Positions 14,570 through 24,164 of a stretch of DNA of 29,678 nt are shown here, in pieces. Both the position numbers and the translations under genes were made by a program. How positions within the stretch are numbered: the first letter of the stretch is position 1; each line of letters starts with the position of its first letter. This DNA is from a virus: positions 1 to 29,678 of IMG/VR virus record IMGVR_UViG_3300050504_000029, one strand, 5' to 3'. Below the pieces are notes generated by a model. The model ran no database searches, was not told the DNA's origin, and worked only from the letters and a program-made list of their open reading frames with translations.

Positions 14570-15172
14570 TTATCTCCTGTAAGCGGTAGTCCCAGGAACG
14601 CGGAGTTTTGCGGCGGCCGCAGCACCTTCCTCTGGCGTCGGAGGATTGGCTAGGATTCGTTGAAGGACCGCTCTCTGTGCTGGATCGTTAACCTCCGCTC
14701 CATTGATGGCGTCCACCCGCTTCATCACCGCCGCCCTTGGATGTTGTGGCTTTGGGGCCGCTGGCTTCTGGTGTCCTTCCTTGGCGGGCTTGCCACGGTT
14801 CTTAGCGGCCTCCACGGCCTGCAAATGGTCGTAGTACCGCTTCTGCTCGTCTGGCGGCAGATTCCATGGGTCCACCTTCTCGGGCTTCGGCGGCTTCTCT
14901 GGCTTCTTCATCTTCTCGATCTCAGCCTGGATGAACTGCTGATTCAGGGTGTCCTTCTCGGCCTGCCGCTGCCGCTCCTCTTGCTTCAAGGCGTACTGCT
15001 CGGCAGCAATCCTAGCGGCGTCCGCCCTCTGCATCGACTGGCCGAATCCGGTACCCAAGCCCCCGATGAAACTACGCCCTTCGCCGGAAGCCGCTCCCTG
15101 TGCAGCCGCGCCAGCAAGTCTCAGCGCCGCCTTGAAAGCCGTCTCGTGGTATGGCGCATATCCATGGTCCAT
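14570..15172 (-). CDS. Putative internal virion protein (Lys/Pro-rich)
   Basis: 200 aa with a Gly-rich N-terminus and the low-complexity KKPEKPPKPEK. Abuts the neighbouring genes. Confidence 0.5.
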   Translation of the reverse strand: MDHGYAPYHETAFKAALRLAGAAAQGAASGEGRSFIGGLGTGFGQSMQRADAARIAAEQYALKQEERQRQAEKDTLNQQFIQAEIEKMKKPEKPPKPEKVDPWNLPPDEQKRYYDHLQAVEAAKNRGKPAKEGHQKPAAPKPQHPRAAVMKRVDAINGAEVNDPAQRAVLQRILANPPTPEEGAAAAAKLRVPGTTAYRR

Positions 15173-15175
15173 GGT

Positions 15176-15724
15176 CTATCCGTAATAGGCGTCGTTCGCC
15201 TGGTAAGGGGCTGCCGTCTGTGGCTGGCTCGGCCTTCCTAGAAGGGCCCCGCCTACTGATCCGATGGCCCCGCCGATAGCCCCGAGAACGCCACCCTTCT
15301 TCTTCTTGTTGGCTAATTCCTGCATGGCAGCCTGGTAGCGGAAGTTCCTCTTGCTTGCCAATGCCCGCCCTAGGTAGTCGGCGTATCCCTGCCCGATGCG
15401 GCTCCGAGCCTTTCCATATACGTCGCTGTAGAGTCCCCGGCGTAACGCTGTCGCAGCGCCCGAATCCGCCAGAGGGCCCGCGCCCGCCAGGTAGTTCGTG
15501 ACCTGTTTCAGCCCAGCCCCGTACTGCGCCCCAGCGTCACCGTATGCGGCAGACTCCAGAGCGGCCCTATAGGAATTGGATTCATTGAGCACTCCCTGTC
15601 GTGCGGCCAACTCCCGAGAGGCAAACTTGGACTTCTCCCCATACAGCTTGGCGTTCGACGCTAGGAGTCTTAGCGTCTCGTCGCTAAGGTCAGGGATTCC
15701 GTAGTCTTCGGCTGATCTTGGCAT
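15176..15724 (-). CDS. Putative internal virion/membrane-inserting protein with glycine-zipper segment
   Basis: 182 aa. The C-terminal KKKKGGVLGAIGGAIGSVGGALLG is a GxxxG-repeat hydrophobic segment. Confidence 0.5.
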   Translation of the reverse strand: MPRSAEDYGIPDLSDETLRLLASNAKLYGEKSKFASRELAARQGVLNESNSYRAALESAAYGDAGAQYGAGLKQVTNYLAGAGPLADSGAATALRRGLYSDVYGKARSRIGQGYADYLGRALASKRNFRYQAAMQELANKKKKGGVLGAIGGAIGSVGGALLGRPSQPQTAAPYQANDAYYG

Positions 15725-15727
15725 CTG

Positions 15728-16054
15728 TCACCTCACGAGGATGTCGGCTGAAACATTTGCCGTATCGCATTTCAGTACCAGGACTCGGCTTGTCGCTGGC
15801 AGCGGGAAGTCATTGTAGATGCGGCAAGCTACGTTCCCTATCGCAGCGTAGAACGATGGAGCGAAGCCCAACCCGTGGTAGATCACGGTCGGAGAATTGG
15901 CGGCACCAAAGGAAACCGAGCATCGCCGCTCCCGGTTGTTTGTCCTGGTGCTCGAATAGGACCCCGGCCTCTGCCAGCTCCCCGGCTGGAGCCTGATCGT
16001 TGACAGAGCCGTGTTCTTAGAGGTTATCAGCCGCCGCGCAATGTCAGGAATCAC
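15728..16054 (-). CDS. Hypothetical virion-module protein
   Basis: 108 aa. The GTG start overlaps the upstream TGA (GTGA). Confidence 0.55.
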   Translation of the reverse strand: MIPDIARRLITSKNTALSTIRLQPGSWQRPGSYSSTRTNNRERRCSVSFGAANSPTVIYHGLGFAPSFYAAIGNVACRIYNDFPLPATSRVLVLKCDTANVSADILVR

Positions 16055-18483
16055 GCCAGCCTCCGTCTCATGGGTCCAGGCTTACCCTTCAAGACTCCGC
16101 CGAAGAACCTCTGTATCATGGCCGTTCCGTTGGTGCTTGCAACCGAGAATGTGGCCTGTATATCCGAAGTCGCCCCTACCGAGGAATAGGTGCCCTGGAG
16201 CAGAGAGTAATCGGAACCGGTGTTCGGCGTGTCCGCCGTCAGCGTCCCGGCGCTGCTTCCTACTGGATTGGCTACCGCATTGGCCAGGGTTGGAGTGCCC
16301 CAACCGTCCGCCGCCTGGTAGTAGCAAAGCACCTGGGACGGCGTGAGCGTGGAGTTTGCCGGAAGCTGAAAATGCATCGTGGCCGAGCATGTGAATGGCG
16401 TTGTGTTATCCAGCGCCGTCAGGTCGTCCAGATAGAGGAAGTAGTCCGTCCCGCCAGCATCGTAATGACCCTTCCCCCAAAGCCCGTGAAGCGTGCCTGG
16501 GACGATATTCTCAATCGGCGCATGGACCGCAGCCAGGGGAAATAGCGTGGACGCGAAGCCGGTAGGGCTGGACTTGTTCCATTGGCCAGAGTCCAGGCTG
16601 TATTCCCAACAGAGGCCAGGCGTTCCATCAGGAGCCGCCAGCCGAATCTTGTAGACCCGGTTTATGAGAACAGCCTTGGAGCCGCCTATCGTCTCGTAGC
16701 TCAGATACTGGAACGTCTGATCCATGTCGGAGGAAATCTTGACCGGCTCCTTCCGGCCTCCGTCCCACATATAGAAGCCGTTCCTAGAGGGCCAGATTAG
16801 CCTTCCATCCCCCGCCGCCGCCGCATCTGGAGCCACGCAGCCAACGCCTGGATGAATCGGGTAGAGTTGCGGTACGTCGAGGTCAACATTCGTCAAGCCC
16901 CAGGTCTGATCCTCGGTATAGAGAACCGCTTGGTCCGCGAACTCCAGCCCTCCCATATGCCTCCCGCCAGTAGCCCGTGCGAGGCGTATATATCCGGTGG
17001 TGCTCTTGGTGGAGAACTTGTCAGGCGTGAAAGGATCGGAGATATACCAGGTTTCCGTATCCCCCAACATGAGCCGGTTCTGGTAGATCAGCGCGTAGTT
17101 GCAGCGCGACACCGGCGAAACATCATAGGTCAAGGCCTCCTGCTGCGGGAAGGCCTTCGCCTTGTTGTCGTCATAGTAGGTGCTGATACCTAGCAGCAGT
17201 GATTCGACATCACGGCCAGCCAGCGCCGGGCCTATTTGAACCCTGAAACTCTGGATCAGAAACGCGGGATGGTTCGGCTTGTCTCCGGCGTCCACATTAG
17301 TCAGGTCGTCCGTTCGGTATAGGTAGAGCGCCGAAGCACCGGTCGGAATTCTGCCTACCGTGAGTTGGATCGCCACCCTCTGGGCTGCAATCGTGGTGAC
17401 CTCTCCAATGTAGGTCGCCTGTCCAGGACCATAGAGCGAGAGCGCATCCTGTCTGTCAGCATAGGCCGAAGTGTTCTGGCAGGGGCCCTCTCCCCATGCA
17501 TAGTAGTAGCGCCATACACCCGCCCCAAGGACCCCTCCAGCGGCTGCCGTCAGGGTCAGCGTGGAGCCACCGGACTGGATACCCAAGTCCTTGAAGTTGG
17601 CTCCATCGAATCGCTTAGTATCCTTCCCGTTGACCAGGATCAACCGACCCCTGTATTCGATCAGCCTAGCGGGAGAGGCATAGCCCGAGAATAGGGATGT
17701 TGAGAGACTGAACCATTCCTGAGTCACTGAGTTCTCGCCTTGGCGCTTGAGCGTGCCCGTGCTGGCCCCGGTGAGCCAGTCCTGGGTGGCAGCATAGATT
17801 TCTCGCATACCGCCCCAGAATCCGATAGCTAGGCCTCCCAGAGGAGATGTCACAAGCCCCGTGATAGAACTAATCCGAATCCTCATCCAGAACTTCCGGA
17901 CATTGCCTGTTCCGGCGTCTCCAACTGTCGTACTCAGCCATCCGGAGGGAACGGCCCAGGAAGCAAACTGAGGCGTTCTTAGAACGGTGAAATCTATAGT
18001 CTCCGCCGTGGTGAGAGCGGCCCAGGAGCCGCCATTCCAGTATTCATAGACCACAACGAATGTGGCCGAGTTCAACGCCTGAGAGAGGGATAGCATGATC
18101 CGAGAGAATGGCTGGTCAGCGCCCCAGTACATGGCGTTCGTAGCCACAGTGCTTCCCATGCCGAAACAGGTCCAGCCGCCCTCGGATAGTTGTCGGTTAG
18201 CCGAGTATTGAGAGCCAGCGGCAGCAGCCGAATCGAAGTCCCTGACCCAACCGTAGGAGGTGGATAGTTGGATAGCGTCTGAGAATCCACCAGCAGCGAT
18301 AGCGGCGGTTGCGGTGCCGATGGAGTTCTTCATCTTGTCGAAGCCGCCCCGAGCCTCGGCGTAACCGTCACTCAGGAGTCTCATATTCGTAAGCGACGAG
18401 AGGGTGCCGACCGGGGAGCCAAAAAGTGGCCCATCGGTCACCCTCTTAAGCGGCATGCAATGAATCTCAGAATCGGTAGGCAC
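16051..18483 (-). CDS. Large tail structural protein (nozzle / tail-tubular-B-like by size and position)
   Basis: 810-aa ORF with a GTG start at 18483 (alternative ATG 18456). It is beta-rich and Gly/Thr/Ser-rich, and follows a ~226-aa protein as in gp11/gp12-type pairs. No motif-level support. Confidence 0.4.
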   Translation of the reverse strand: MPTDSEIHCMPLKRVTDGPLFGSPVGTLSSLTNMRLLSDGYAEARGGFDKMKNSIGTATAAIAAGGFSDAIQLSTSYGWVRDFDSAAAAGSQYSANRQLSEGGWTCFGMGSTVATNAMYWGADQPFSRIMLSLSQALNSATFVVVYEYWNGGSWAALTTAETIDFTVLRTPQFASWAVPSGWLSTTVGDAGTGNVRKFWMRIRISSITGLVTSPLGGLAIGFWGGMREIYAATQDWLTGASTGTLKRQGENSVTQEWFSLSTSLFSGYASPARLIEYRGRLILVNGKDTKRFDGANFKDLGIQSGGSTLTLTAAAGGVLGAGVWRYYYAWGEGPCQNTSAYADRQDALSLYGPGQATYIGEVTTIAAQRVAIQLTVGRIPTGASALYLYRTDDLTNVDAGDKPNHPAFLIQSFRVQIGPALAGRDVESLLLGISTYYDDNKAKAFPQQEALTYDVSPVSRCNYALIYQNRLMLGDTETWYISDPFTPDKFSTKSTTGYIRLARATGGRHMGGLEFADQAVLYTEDQTWGLTNVDLDVPQLYPIHPGVGCVAPDAAAAGDGRLIWPSRNGFYMWDGGRKEPVKISSDMDQTFQYLSYETIGGSKAVLINRVYKIRLAAPDGTPGLCWEYSLDSGQWNKSSPTGFASTLFPLAAVHAPIENIVPGTLHGLWGKGHYDAGGTDYFLYLDDLTALDNTTPFTCSATMHFQLPANSTLTPSQVLCYYQAADGWGTPTLANAVANPVGSSAGTLTADTPNTGSDYSLLQGTYSSVGATSDIQATFSVASTNGTAMIQRFFGGVLKGKPGPMRRRLA

Positions 18484-19147
18484 TCGTATATCCCATGGTG
18501 TCCCTGATCGACTGCGGAGCCTTCAAGTCCACATAGACCTGGGATTCAGCCTCGGCCTTGTCCGCCTTCCATTTCGCCTCGGCGCGATCCAGAAGCGGAA
18601 TCAGAGACGTATCCCCTGCCGCGAGCCGCGCATAGACCATCGCCACCGCTCCGTTGACCACGGCGTACTGCCAGCGGAGCCTCACTTCCGGCCCCTGCCC
18701 GCCGCTTACCATCGTCTTCGGCAACTGCCGCCCGTAGCAAACGAGGTCGCTCGAACCGCTGGTCGAAGGGATCGGGTCCAAGAGGAACACCAGCGAATTG
18801 TCTCCGCTACTGTTCGCGCCCCAGACGGCGAACCTACAAGGAACGCCCTGGGTCAGCGTCGGGTCGGTGGAGGACAGTTCGGTCTTCAGAAGCCAAATCT
18901 TCGTCCCGTTCGTCTGGTAAATCTTCATGTCCTCGACCGAAGTGTACTCGGGAGGCACCGTGTACATCTGCTGGGCCGCTACGGTGGAGGTAGTCCAGCC
19001 GCTGACCAGGACGTTCGAGTCGGCGCACAGTTCCACCTGGGCCCGGTTCAGGAAGGCTAGAATCTGCGTCGGAGATACCTGTGTGGCGGTGGTCGAGTCC
19101 TCACCGAAGTGGTCGCGTACCGCTGTCATCATTTCTGCCGTGGTCAC
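18467..19147 (-). CDS. Tail/adaptor structural protein
   Basis: GTG 19147 overlaps the tailspike TAG by 1 nt (226 aa). The track start 19180 would overlap the tailspike gene by 34 nt. Confidence 0.45.
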   Translation of the reverse strand: MTTAEMMTAVRDHFGEDSTTATQVSPTQILAFLNRAQVELCADSNVLVSGWTTSTVAAQQMYTVPPEYTSVEDMKIYQTNGTKIWLLKTELSSTDPTLTQGVPCRFAVWGANSSGDNSLVFLLDPIPSTSGSSDLVCYGRQLPKTMVSGGQGPEVRLRWQYAVVNGAVAMVYARLAAGDTSLIPLLDRAEAKWKADKAEAESQVYVDLKAPQSIRDTMGYTSAYRF

Positions 19148-21378
19148 TAGATCACCTCGTAGCTGTAGATGTAACTCCACGTCCTAGAGGCCAGATCAAC
19201 CGCGATCCATTGCACTTTAGCGGTGTCGTTCGCTGCCACACCGATAACCTCAGCGCCCTGGTTCACGCCAGCGCCACAGAAGGCCACCCCAGCTACGTCC
19301 TCCGCTGCGCCTATGTTAGAGGCTACCGGGAGCGTCATCTCGAAACTGGCGGCTGCTGCGGCTGTCGGATCTGCAGTAAAGCGCCCGCTAACAGTCACTA
19401 CTCTGCCAACTCGGCTCCACTGAGCACCGCTCAGGGTCACGTTCGCGTCCATATTGACTTCGGCTGAACGGGTAGGCGTAAACGCCTGAGCCTGGACGAG
19501 ACTTCGGCATACCTCGATCCAATTGGTCCCGTCATAGCGGAGCGTGATGGTGTTTCCGACATATGGCTGCCAGAGGGAGCCCAGTGTGAGATTGCCAAGC
19601 CCCGTGGACATCACAAAGAGGCCCGCAGCAACGATGGTGATTGGGCGTCGGTCAAAAGAGACGAACGGGGTTATCGCGTCTACCTGAGTCGTACCGGTGA
19701 AGGAGAAGAGGTCTCCGCGCCCCAGGACTGCCGTTGTCGCGGTGGCAACATCTGCGCCCTTAGTTGGAGCGTCCAGGAAGCGAATGTTTGTAACCCCGGA
19801 GCCGCCAGTGATCCAGCCTGTCTGAGTGTTGTCGAAGTCGCAATTCTCTACGGTAATGCTGGACATGGTTCCAGCACTTCTGGCCATATCTAGCCCGTAG
19901 GTAAGCGTTGCGCCAGCCGTCTTGTAGACTCGGCATCCACGGATATAGACGTTGGATACGGTCGCCCCGGCCTGATCGCAGTAGAGTTGGATACCCGCGC
20001 CGCTGGTCTGTTTATTCGAGTCCTTCACGATACAGTTCAGTAAGTGAAGATGCGTCAGCGTCCCAGAGCCACCAGCAGCGGTCACACGGATGCCATAGTC
20101 GTTGGCCCCATCTACCATTACGTTCGAGACAAGAATGTCCCTGAGGGTCTGTACCGAGGCGGTGGTGTCGTTCAGACGGATACCGGTGCCAGGCACGTCC
20201 TTCAGGATGCAATCGCTGATCTGGCAGTCGCTGAGTTGGCCCCGGAAATGGATGCCGTTGTCCGTGCCCGTGCGAACGCTTCCAGACTTCCCGTAGAAGG
20301 AGCAGCCGTGGATTCGGACCGCTGTGAAGCCGGTTCCGTCCGGGGACTGGAAGTCTACCCAGTGATGGAATGATGTGTCCTTGGTATTGATCTGACGGAA
20401 CTGGCAGTTAGCGATAGACAGCCGGTTCACGTAGAAGTTGGCCGCCGAAGGGAAGGCCAGCACCCCCCCATCGTGGAGGGTCGAGTGCCCGGAAATGGAG
20501 CAGTCGGATATGGTGACATCGTTGATCGTATATCCAGTGCCCTGGCCAACAGCAAATGTGATGAAGTAGTCCAGCACATTGATGGCCGTTACTCCGCTGA
20601 TAGTCCAGTCGGAGAAGGTGCCCGCCGTGGTCCCGCTGGCCGGGCTTACCTCGAACACGAAGTCGCAACCGTCAACCGAAACGTCGATGATCGTCAGCAG
20701 GGTGATGTTGGATGCCTGGATGGCCTCGTCGCCCACGTTCTTCATGGACGCGCCCTGTAGGGTGTGGTTGTAGCCCCAATTACCGGCAGCGGCATAGTCT
20801 CCGATGAAGTTCACACCGTTACGGGCCGCTACCACGGACCACTGGCCTACCGTGTCGCACTCGACGTTCGATAGGGTGGCGTTCCGGCACTGGTCGAGAC
20901 GGAAGCCGTCGCCCAGGCAATTCACGGCCTCTACGCTCTCGATGCGGACACCATCGTGGTAGGTAATGCGGACCCCTGCAGGGACCAAGTTGCTCTGAGT
21001 GACAGCGCCAAAGGCCGAGTAGTTGCCGTCCACCGTAAGTTCTGTGATGGTGATGTCGGTGCCTGTCGTGCCGCTAGTGTTTATGGTGCCGTTAGACCCA
21101 TAGGGAGAGGTTCCCAGGACGCACCCGCTTTGCGTGGCGTCACCGTTGGCCATCGTGGACCGCTTGATGACCGTGATACCGATTCCCGACCCTTGGAGAT
21201 GACATCCAGAATGAAGCCAGATGGCGGTCGTTGTATTGAGCGTGCCTGGGCCAACAAATACCTTCCCCTTGTTCCCGCCGAGCGAATCTATAGCCGCCTG
21301 TAGCCCGGCTGTGGTAGACGGGTACTTAATCGCGTTGCTTTCTCCGTCAGCCATGGCTCGGATAGATGGCGAGGCCAT
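19147..21378 (-). CDS. Tailspike / depolymerase with right-handed parallel beta-helix (pectate-lyase-3-like)
   Basis: 743 aa. N-terminal AGLQAAIDSLGGNKGKVFVGPGTLNTTTAIWLHSGCHLQGSG. Repeated PbH1-like turns: ISDCSISG, IANCQF, IHGCSFYG, LSDCQISDCILKD, LLNCIVKD, IRGCRVYK, VENCDFDN. Confidence 0.75.
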   Translation of the reverse strand: MASPSIRAMADGESNAIKYPSTTAGLQAAIDSLGGNKGKVFVGPGTLNTTTAIWLHSGCHLQGSGIGITVIKRSTMANGDATQSGCVLGTSPYGSNGTINTSGTTGTDITITELTVDGNYSAFGAVTQSNLVPAGVRITYHDGVRIESVEAVNCLGDGFRLDQCRNATLSNVECDTVGQWSVVAARNGVNFIGDYAAAGNWGYNHTLQGASMKNVGDEAIQASNITLLTIIDVSVDGCDFVFEVSPASGTTAGTFSDWTISGVTAINVLDYFITFAVGQGTGYTINDVTISDCSISGHSTLHDGGVLAFPSAANFYVNRLSIANCQFRQINTKDTSFHHWVDFQSPDGTGFTAVRIHGCSFYGKSGSVRTGTDNGIHFRGQLSDCQISDCILKDVPGTGIRLNDTTASVQTLRDILVSNVMVDGANDYGIRVTAAGGSGTLTHLHLLNCIVKDSNKQTSGAGIQLYCDQAGATVSNVYIRGCRVYKTAGATLTYGLDMARSAGTMSSITVENCDFDNTQTGWITGGSGVTNIRFLDAPTKGADVATATTAVLGRGDLFSFTGTTQVDAITPFVSFDRRPITIVAAGLFVMSTGLGNLTLGSLWQPYVGNTITLRYDGTNWIEVCRSLVQAQAFTPTRSAEVNMDANVTLSGAQWSRVGRVVTVSGRFTADPTAAAAASFEMTLPVASNIGAAEDVAGVAFCGAGVNQGAEVIGVAANDTAKVQWIAVDLASRTWSYIYSYEVI

Positions 21379-21608
21379 TAGGCGGTAACCTCAGTCCAGG
21401 TAGCCGCAGTCACGCTAAGTTCGGTGTAGGAAGCGGCAGCAACCGACAGTTCGGTATAGTCGTTCACGTTGCCCTGTATGTCTGGCTGCTCCCAGGCGAA
21501 GCACCCGAAGATGAAGTCCACCAGATTCCCGCTGTTACTCTGGTTGGCATCTATCTCGATGAAGTCTGGGTCCGGCGCAACTAGTTCGGTCCAGGTGGTG
21601 GGGCTCAT
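21378..21608 (-). CDS. Small acidic protein with four aromatic-T-E repeats
   Basis: ATG 21608 overlaps the upstream TGA (ATGA); 76 aa. Motifs TWTELV, YTELSV, YTELSV, TWTEVT. Confidence 0.55.
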   Translation of the reverse strand: MSPTTWTELVAPDPDFIEIDANQSNSGNLVDFIFGCFAWEQPDIQGNVNDYTELSVAAASYTELSVTAATWTEVTA

Positions 21609-22840
21609 GGCGCTACGATCTCCTGCCACAGAGTCGGAATGCCTGGGCCTCGCAGCCAGAGAACCGGAAAGAGCGGCCTATACTGGTCGCCTCCGGTCTG
21701 AGAGGTATATTCAAAGTCGAAGTACTTCTCATAGCCGGGATACTGCCCGAGTGTTGCACCATCCAGGTTCACGCGCACACGGAACGGTCCGCGTTTCTGC
21801 CATGCCCAAACGCTGGAGGTTCGCTTTCCGCGCCTCACCTTGAGGCAATTCTGCGTAATTAGGTCCGACGCTCCGTAGGAAATCATCCCGTTAACGTCCG
21901 TATAGGTCAGCGGGAGGACTTCCGTTCCATCCACATCGAGCACCTTGAGCGGAACCGATGCTATGAAGGCTCCGGTTCTCTCCTCTTGAGTCACAGGCAA
22001 CCACCGCCACCATTCGTTGATGTAGGCAGAGTTCGCAAGGTTGCTGTTCGCTTGTGGGGCGTTTCCGGACCAAATAGGCTCTGCGATGTCCCATTCGTTG
22101 ACGGCGCTTGAAATGTTAACGTCAGCAACGGTTGGGGTGCCGCCTAGAATGAGGTCGCGGACCCGTACGGCGTTCGGAGTAGATATGAGGCGCTGCCCAG
22201 TGCCGAAGATCGTGATTCGCTCGGCGTAATTCGAGTTTATATTGGCTACTACCGTGGTACCACCGCCATAGAGCGAAATGTCCACGTTGAAGAGAAGGTC
22301 TACTTTCCCTGTGGCTGGAAGGCCAAGCCCTATAGAGCCTCCGGTGTCGATGATCACGTCAACGAACTCCCCAGGCAGTCCAGCCGTACCAGGGAAGTAA
22401 TTGAACGTACCGCTACACCGAATCTGGGTAGCGTATGCCTTAACGATCCCTGCCCACGAGATTGAGGAGTTCTCGAATACCAGGCGGCATCCGTTCTTCC
22501 CTGAAGGCTTGCCATTGGGACCAAGAATCTTCTCACCGAACTGCATCGTTCGGTTGGCACTACCGATAGGGCTGATATTGAGCGGCTTGCCCAAGTCGCA
22601 TGTGAGGGTGGCATTGGTTTCTTTTAGCGTAGTGGTAGCGGTTCCGCCTCCATCCCCATTAACCAATGAAACCAGTGCCCGATACGACTCAGGAGACGTT
22701 CCTAGTCCGGTAAATTCCGCTCCGAACGGGGAAGCGAACACTTCGGCAAAGGTGTAGTAGAGGCCGTTGGCAGAGGAGGCATTGTCCTCATAGGTGATAT
22801 CGGTTCCTGGGCCGCCAGCCTGATCTACACCTACTGCCAT
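21605..22840 (-). CDS. Tail fibre / receptor-binding-type structural protein
   Basis: 411 aa. Gly/Asn/Thr-rich with short beta-strand periodicity. Sits upstream of the tailspike. Confidence 0.45.
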   Translation of the reverse strand: MAVGVDQAGGPGTDITYEDNASSANGLYYTFAEVFASPFGAEFTGLGTSPESYRALVSLVNGDGGGTATTTLKETNATLTCDLGKPLNISPIGSANRTMQFGEKILGPNGKPSGKNGCRLVFENSSISWAGIVKAYATQIRCSGTFNYFPGTAGLPGEFVDVIIDTGGSIGLGLPATGKVDLLFNVDISLYGGGTTVVANINSNYAERITIFGTGQRLISTPNAVRVRDLILGGTPTVADVNISSAVNEWDIAEPIWSGNAPQANSNLANSAYINEWWRWLPVTQEERTGAFIASVPLKVLDVDGTEVLPLTYTDVNGMISYGASDLITQNCLKVRRGKRTSSVWAWQKRGPFRVRVNLDGATLGQYPGYEKYFDFEYTSQTGGDQYRPLFPVLWLRGPGIPTLWQEIVAP

Positions 22841-22843
22841 CTA

Positions 22844-23074
22844 TCACCCGGGCCAAAGCGAAGTGATCGCCTTGACCGCTCCGGTCCAGGTGTTTTCCAC
22901 CGCCAGCGCCGCCTGGACCCATTGGCTCGTGAGAGAGACGGGCATTTCCTTGGCCGTATCTAGATAGATCGTTCTATGATCTGCTGTCGCTGTGATCTCG
23001 CCGCGACGGATTTCCGCCTCGATAATCTTTCTGCATAGCTCCTGCACGCTCTCCGCGTCTGTCTGTAGGCTCAT
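22844..23074 (-). CDS. Hypothetical virion-module protein (76 aa)
   Basis: The ATG overlaps the upstream TGA by 1 nt (TGATG). Confidence 0.6.
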   Translation of the reverse strand: MSLQTDAESVQELCRKIIEAEIRRGEITATADHRTIYLDTAKEMPVSLTSQWVQAALAVENTWTGAVKAITSLWPG

Positions 23075-23502
23075 CAGTTCACCAGCTTGCAGTTGACCGC
23101 GAGGTAGATGCTGTCCGACGATGCGGCGCTGATGACGAAGTAGATGGTCGAGTCGGGCCCCGTGGTGATGTTCGGGATCAGCGCCAACCCCTTGATACCC
23201 GCCGCGGTCATGGCCTCCGAGTAGCGGAATACCCGGCCAGCACCAGAGGTCGCCAGGGCAGATTGGCCCCTCACGATGTCCACGAAGATTTGGTTGGTGT
23301 TCGCGGCGTTGTCGTAGAACCAGTAGACGCCGTTCACATAGAGGCGGCGACCAGCCATGAGGCTTGTGGTCAGGCTGGAGTCGATGATTGTGTCGGCGGT
23401 ACCAGAAAGGATGATGGTACGAAACTCGGAGGTCTGAGAGTCGGCTAGACCGGCTGCCAGAATCGAGCCTAGGATCACGAGTGCTGCAAGCGCCTTCTTC
23501 AT
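23074..23502 (-). CDS. Signal-peptide protein within the structural module
   Basis: MKKALAALVILGSILAAGLA-DSQ is a classic Sec signal (no lipobox Cys). The mature part is beta-rich. 142 aa. Confidence 0.65.
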   Translation of the reverse strand: MKKALAALVILGSILAAGLADSQTSEFRTIILSGTADTIIDSSLTTSLMAGRRLYVNGVYWFYDNAANTNQIFVDIVRGQSALATSGAGRVFRYSEAMTAAGIKGLALIPNITTGPDSTIYFVISAASSDSIYLAVNCKLVN

Positions 23503-23504
23503 GG

Positions 23505-23768
23505 CTAATAAACCAGCGTGACTCGGATCACATCGTTGTTCGCCACCGGCCCGATGGTCACTACTCCCGTAGCCTCGACATATGCCCCGCCGACGCCACC
23601 CTGGGTGCCGGTAGTCTTCAAAGGCATGAACGCGCCCAGAAGGGTGGGGAACGGAGCGCCGAAGGTGTAGGTACAGGTAGTGTCTGCCGCGCCAGCGGTG
23701 AGCTTCAGATGCTTGAAGTTCATTCCCCCAGCGGAATGGCTGGTTTCAGAGTTGATCGTAGTAGCCAC
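23505..23768 (-). CDS. Small beta-rich virion protein (87 aa)
   Basis: GTG start with GGAGG 9 nt upstream. Gly/Thr-rich. Confidence 0.6.
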   Translation of the reverse strand: MATTINSETSHSAGGMNFKHLKLTAGAADTTCTYTFGAPFPTLLGAFMPLKTTGTQGGVGGAYVEATGVVTIGPVANNDVIRVTLVY

Positions 23769-24164
23769 TTATTTTGCCTCCAGGACGACTCGCTCACCGT
23801 CCTTATAGAGAATCTTGGTATAGGAAAGGCCATCCCTACGCATCGAGCCTTCCCATGGGACATTGACCGTAAACGTGGGGCGCACTGCGCGCTCGCAGAA
23901 TCCAGGCATGTTCCTGTAGAGGTGTTCCTTGTCAGCCCGCACAACGTCCGTGGACCCGTCAGGCTTCGTGATGGTCGTCTCGCCCACCGAGTTCCACTCT
24001 TTCCAGCCCTCCTGCATCATCTCTGGGCCAGAATCCTTGAAGGCGTCGTCCAGTTCGTGGACTTCCTTCCCGGTGGCAGTTATCTCCCAGGGCCGAACGA
24101 TCTTGGTGCTTCCGTCCTTCTGGAGCCTAGCTTCCGGGGGAAACCACTTCTTCTCGATTGGCAT
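23769..24164 (-). CDS. Hypothetical head/neck-module protein (131 aa)
   Basis: Internal ATG 24164 (MPIEKKWFPPEARL) is preceded by AAGGGA. The Arg-rich 27 aa upstream in track ORF 23769..24245 look non-genuine. Confidence 0.6.
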   Translation of the reverse strand: MPIEKKWFPPEARLQKDGSTKIVRPWEITATGKEVHELDDAFKDSGPEMMQEGWKEWNSVGETTITKPDGSTDVVRADKEHLYRNMPGFCERAVRPTFTVNVPWEGSMRRDGLSYTKILYKDGERVVLEAK

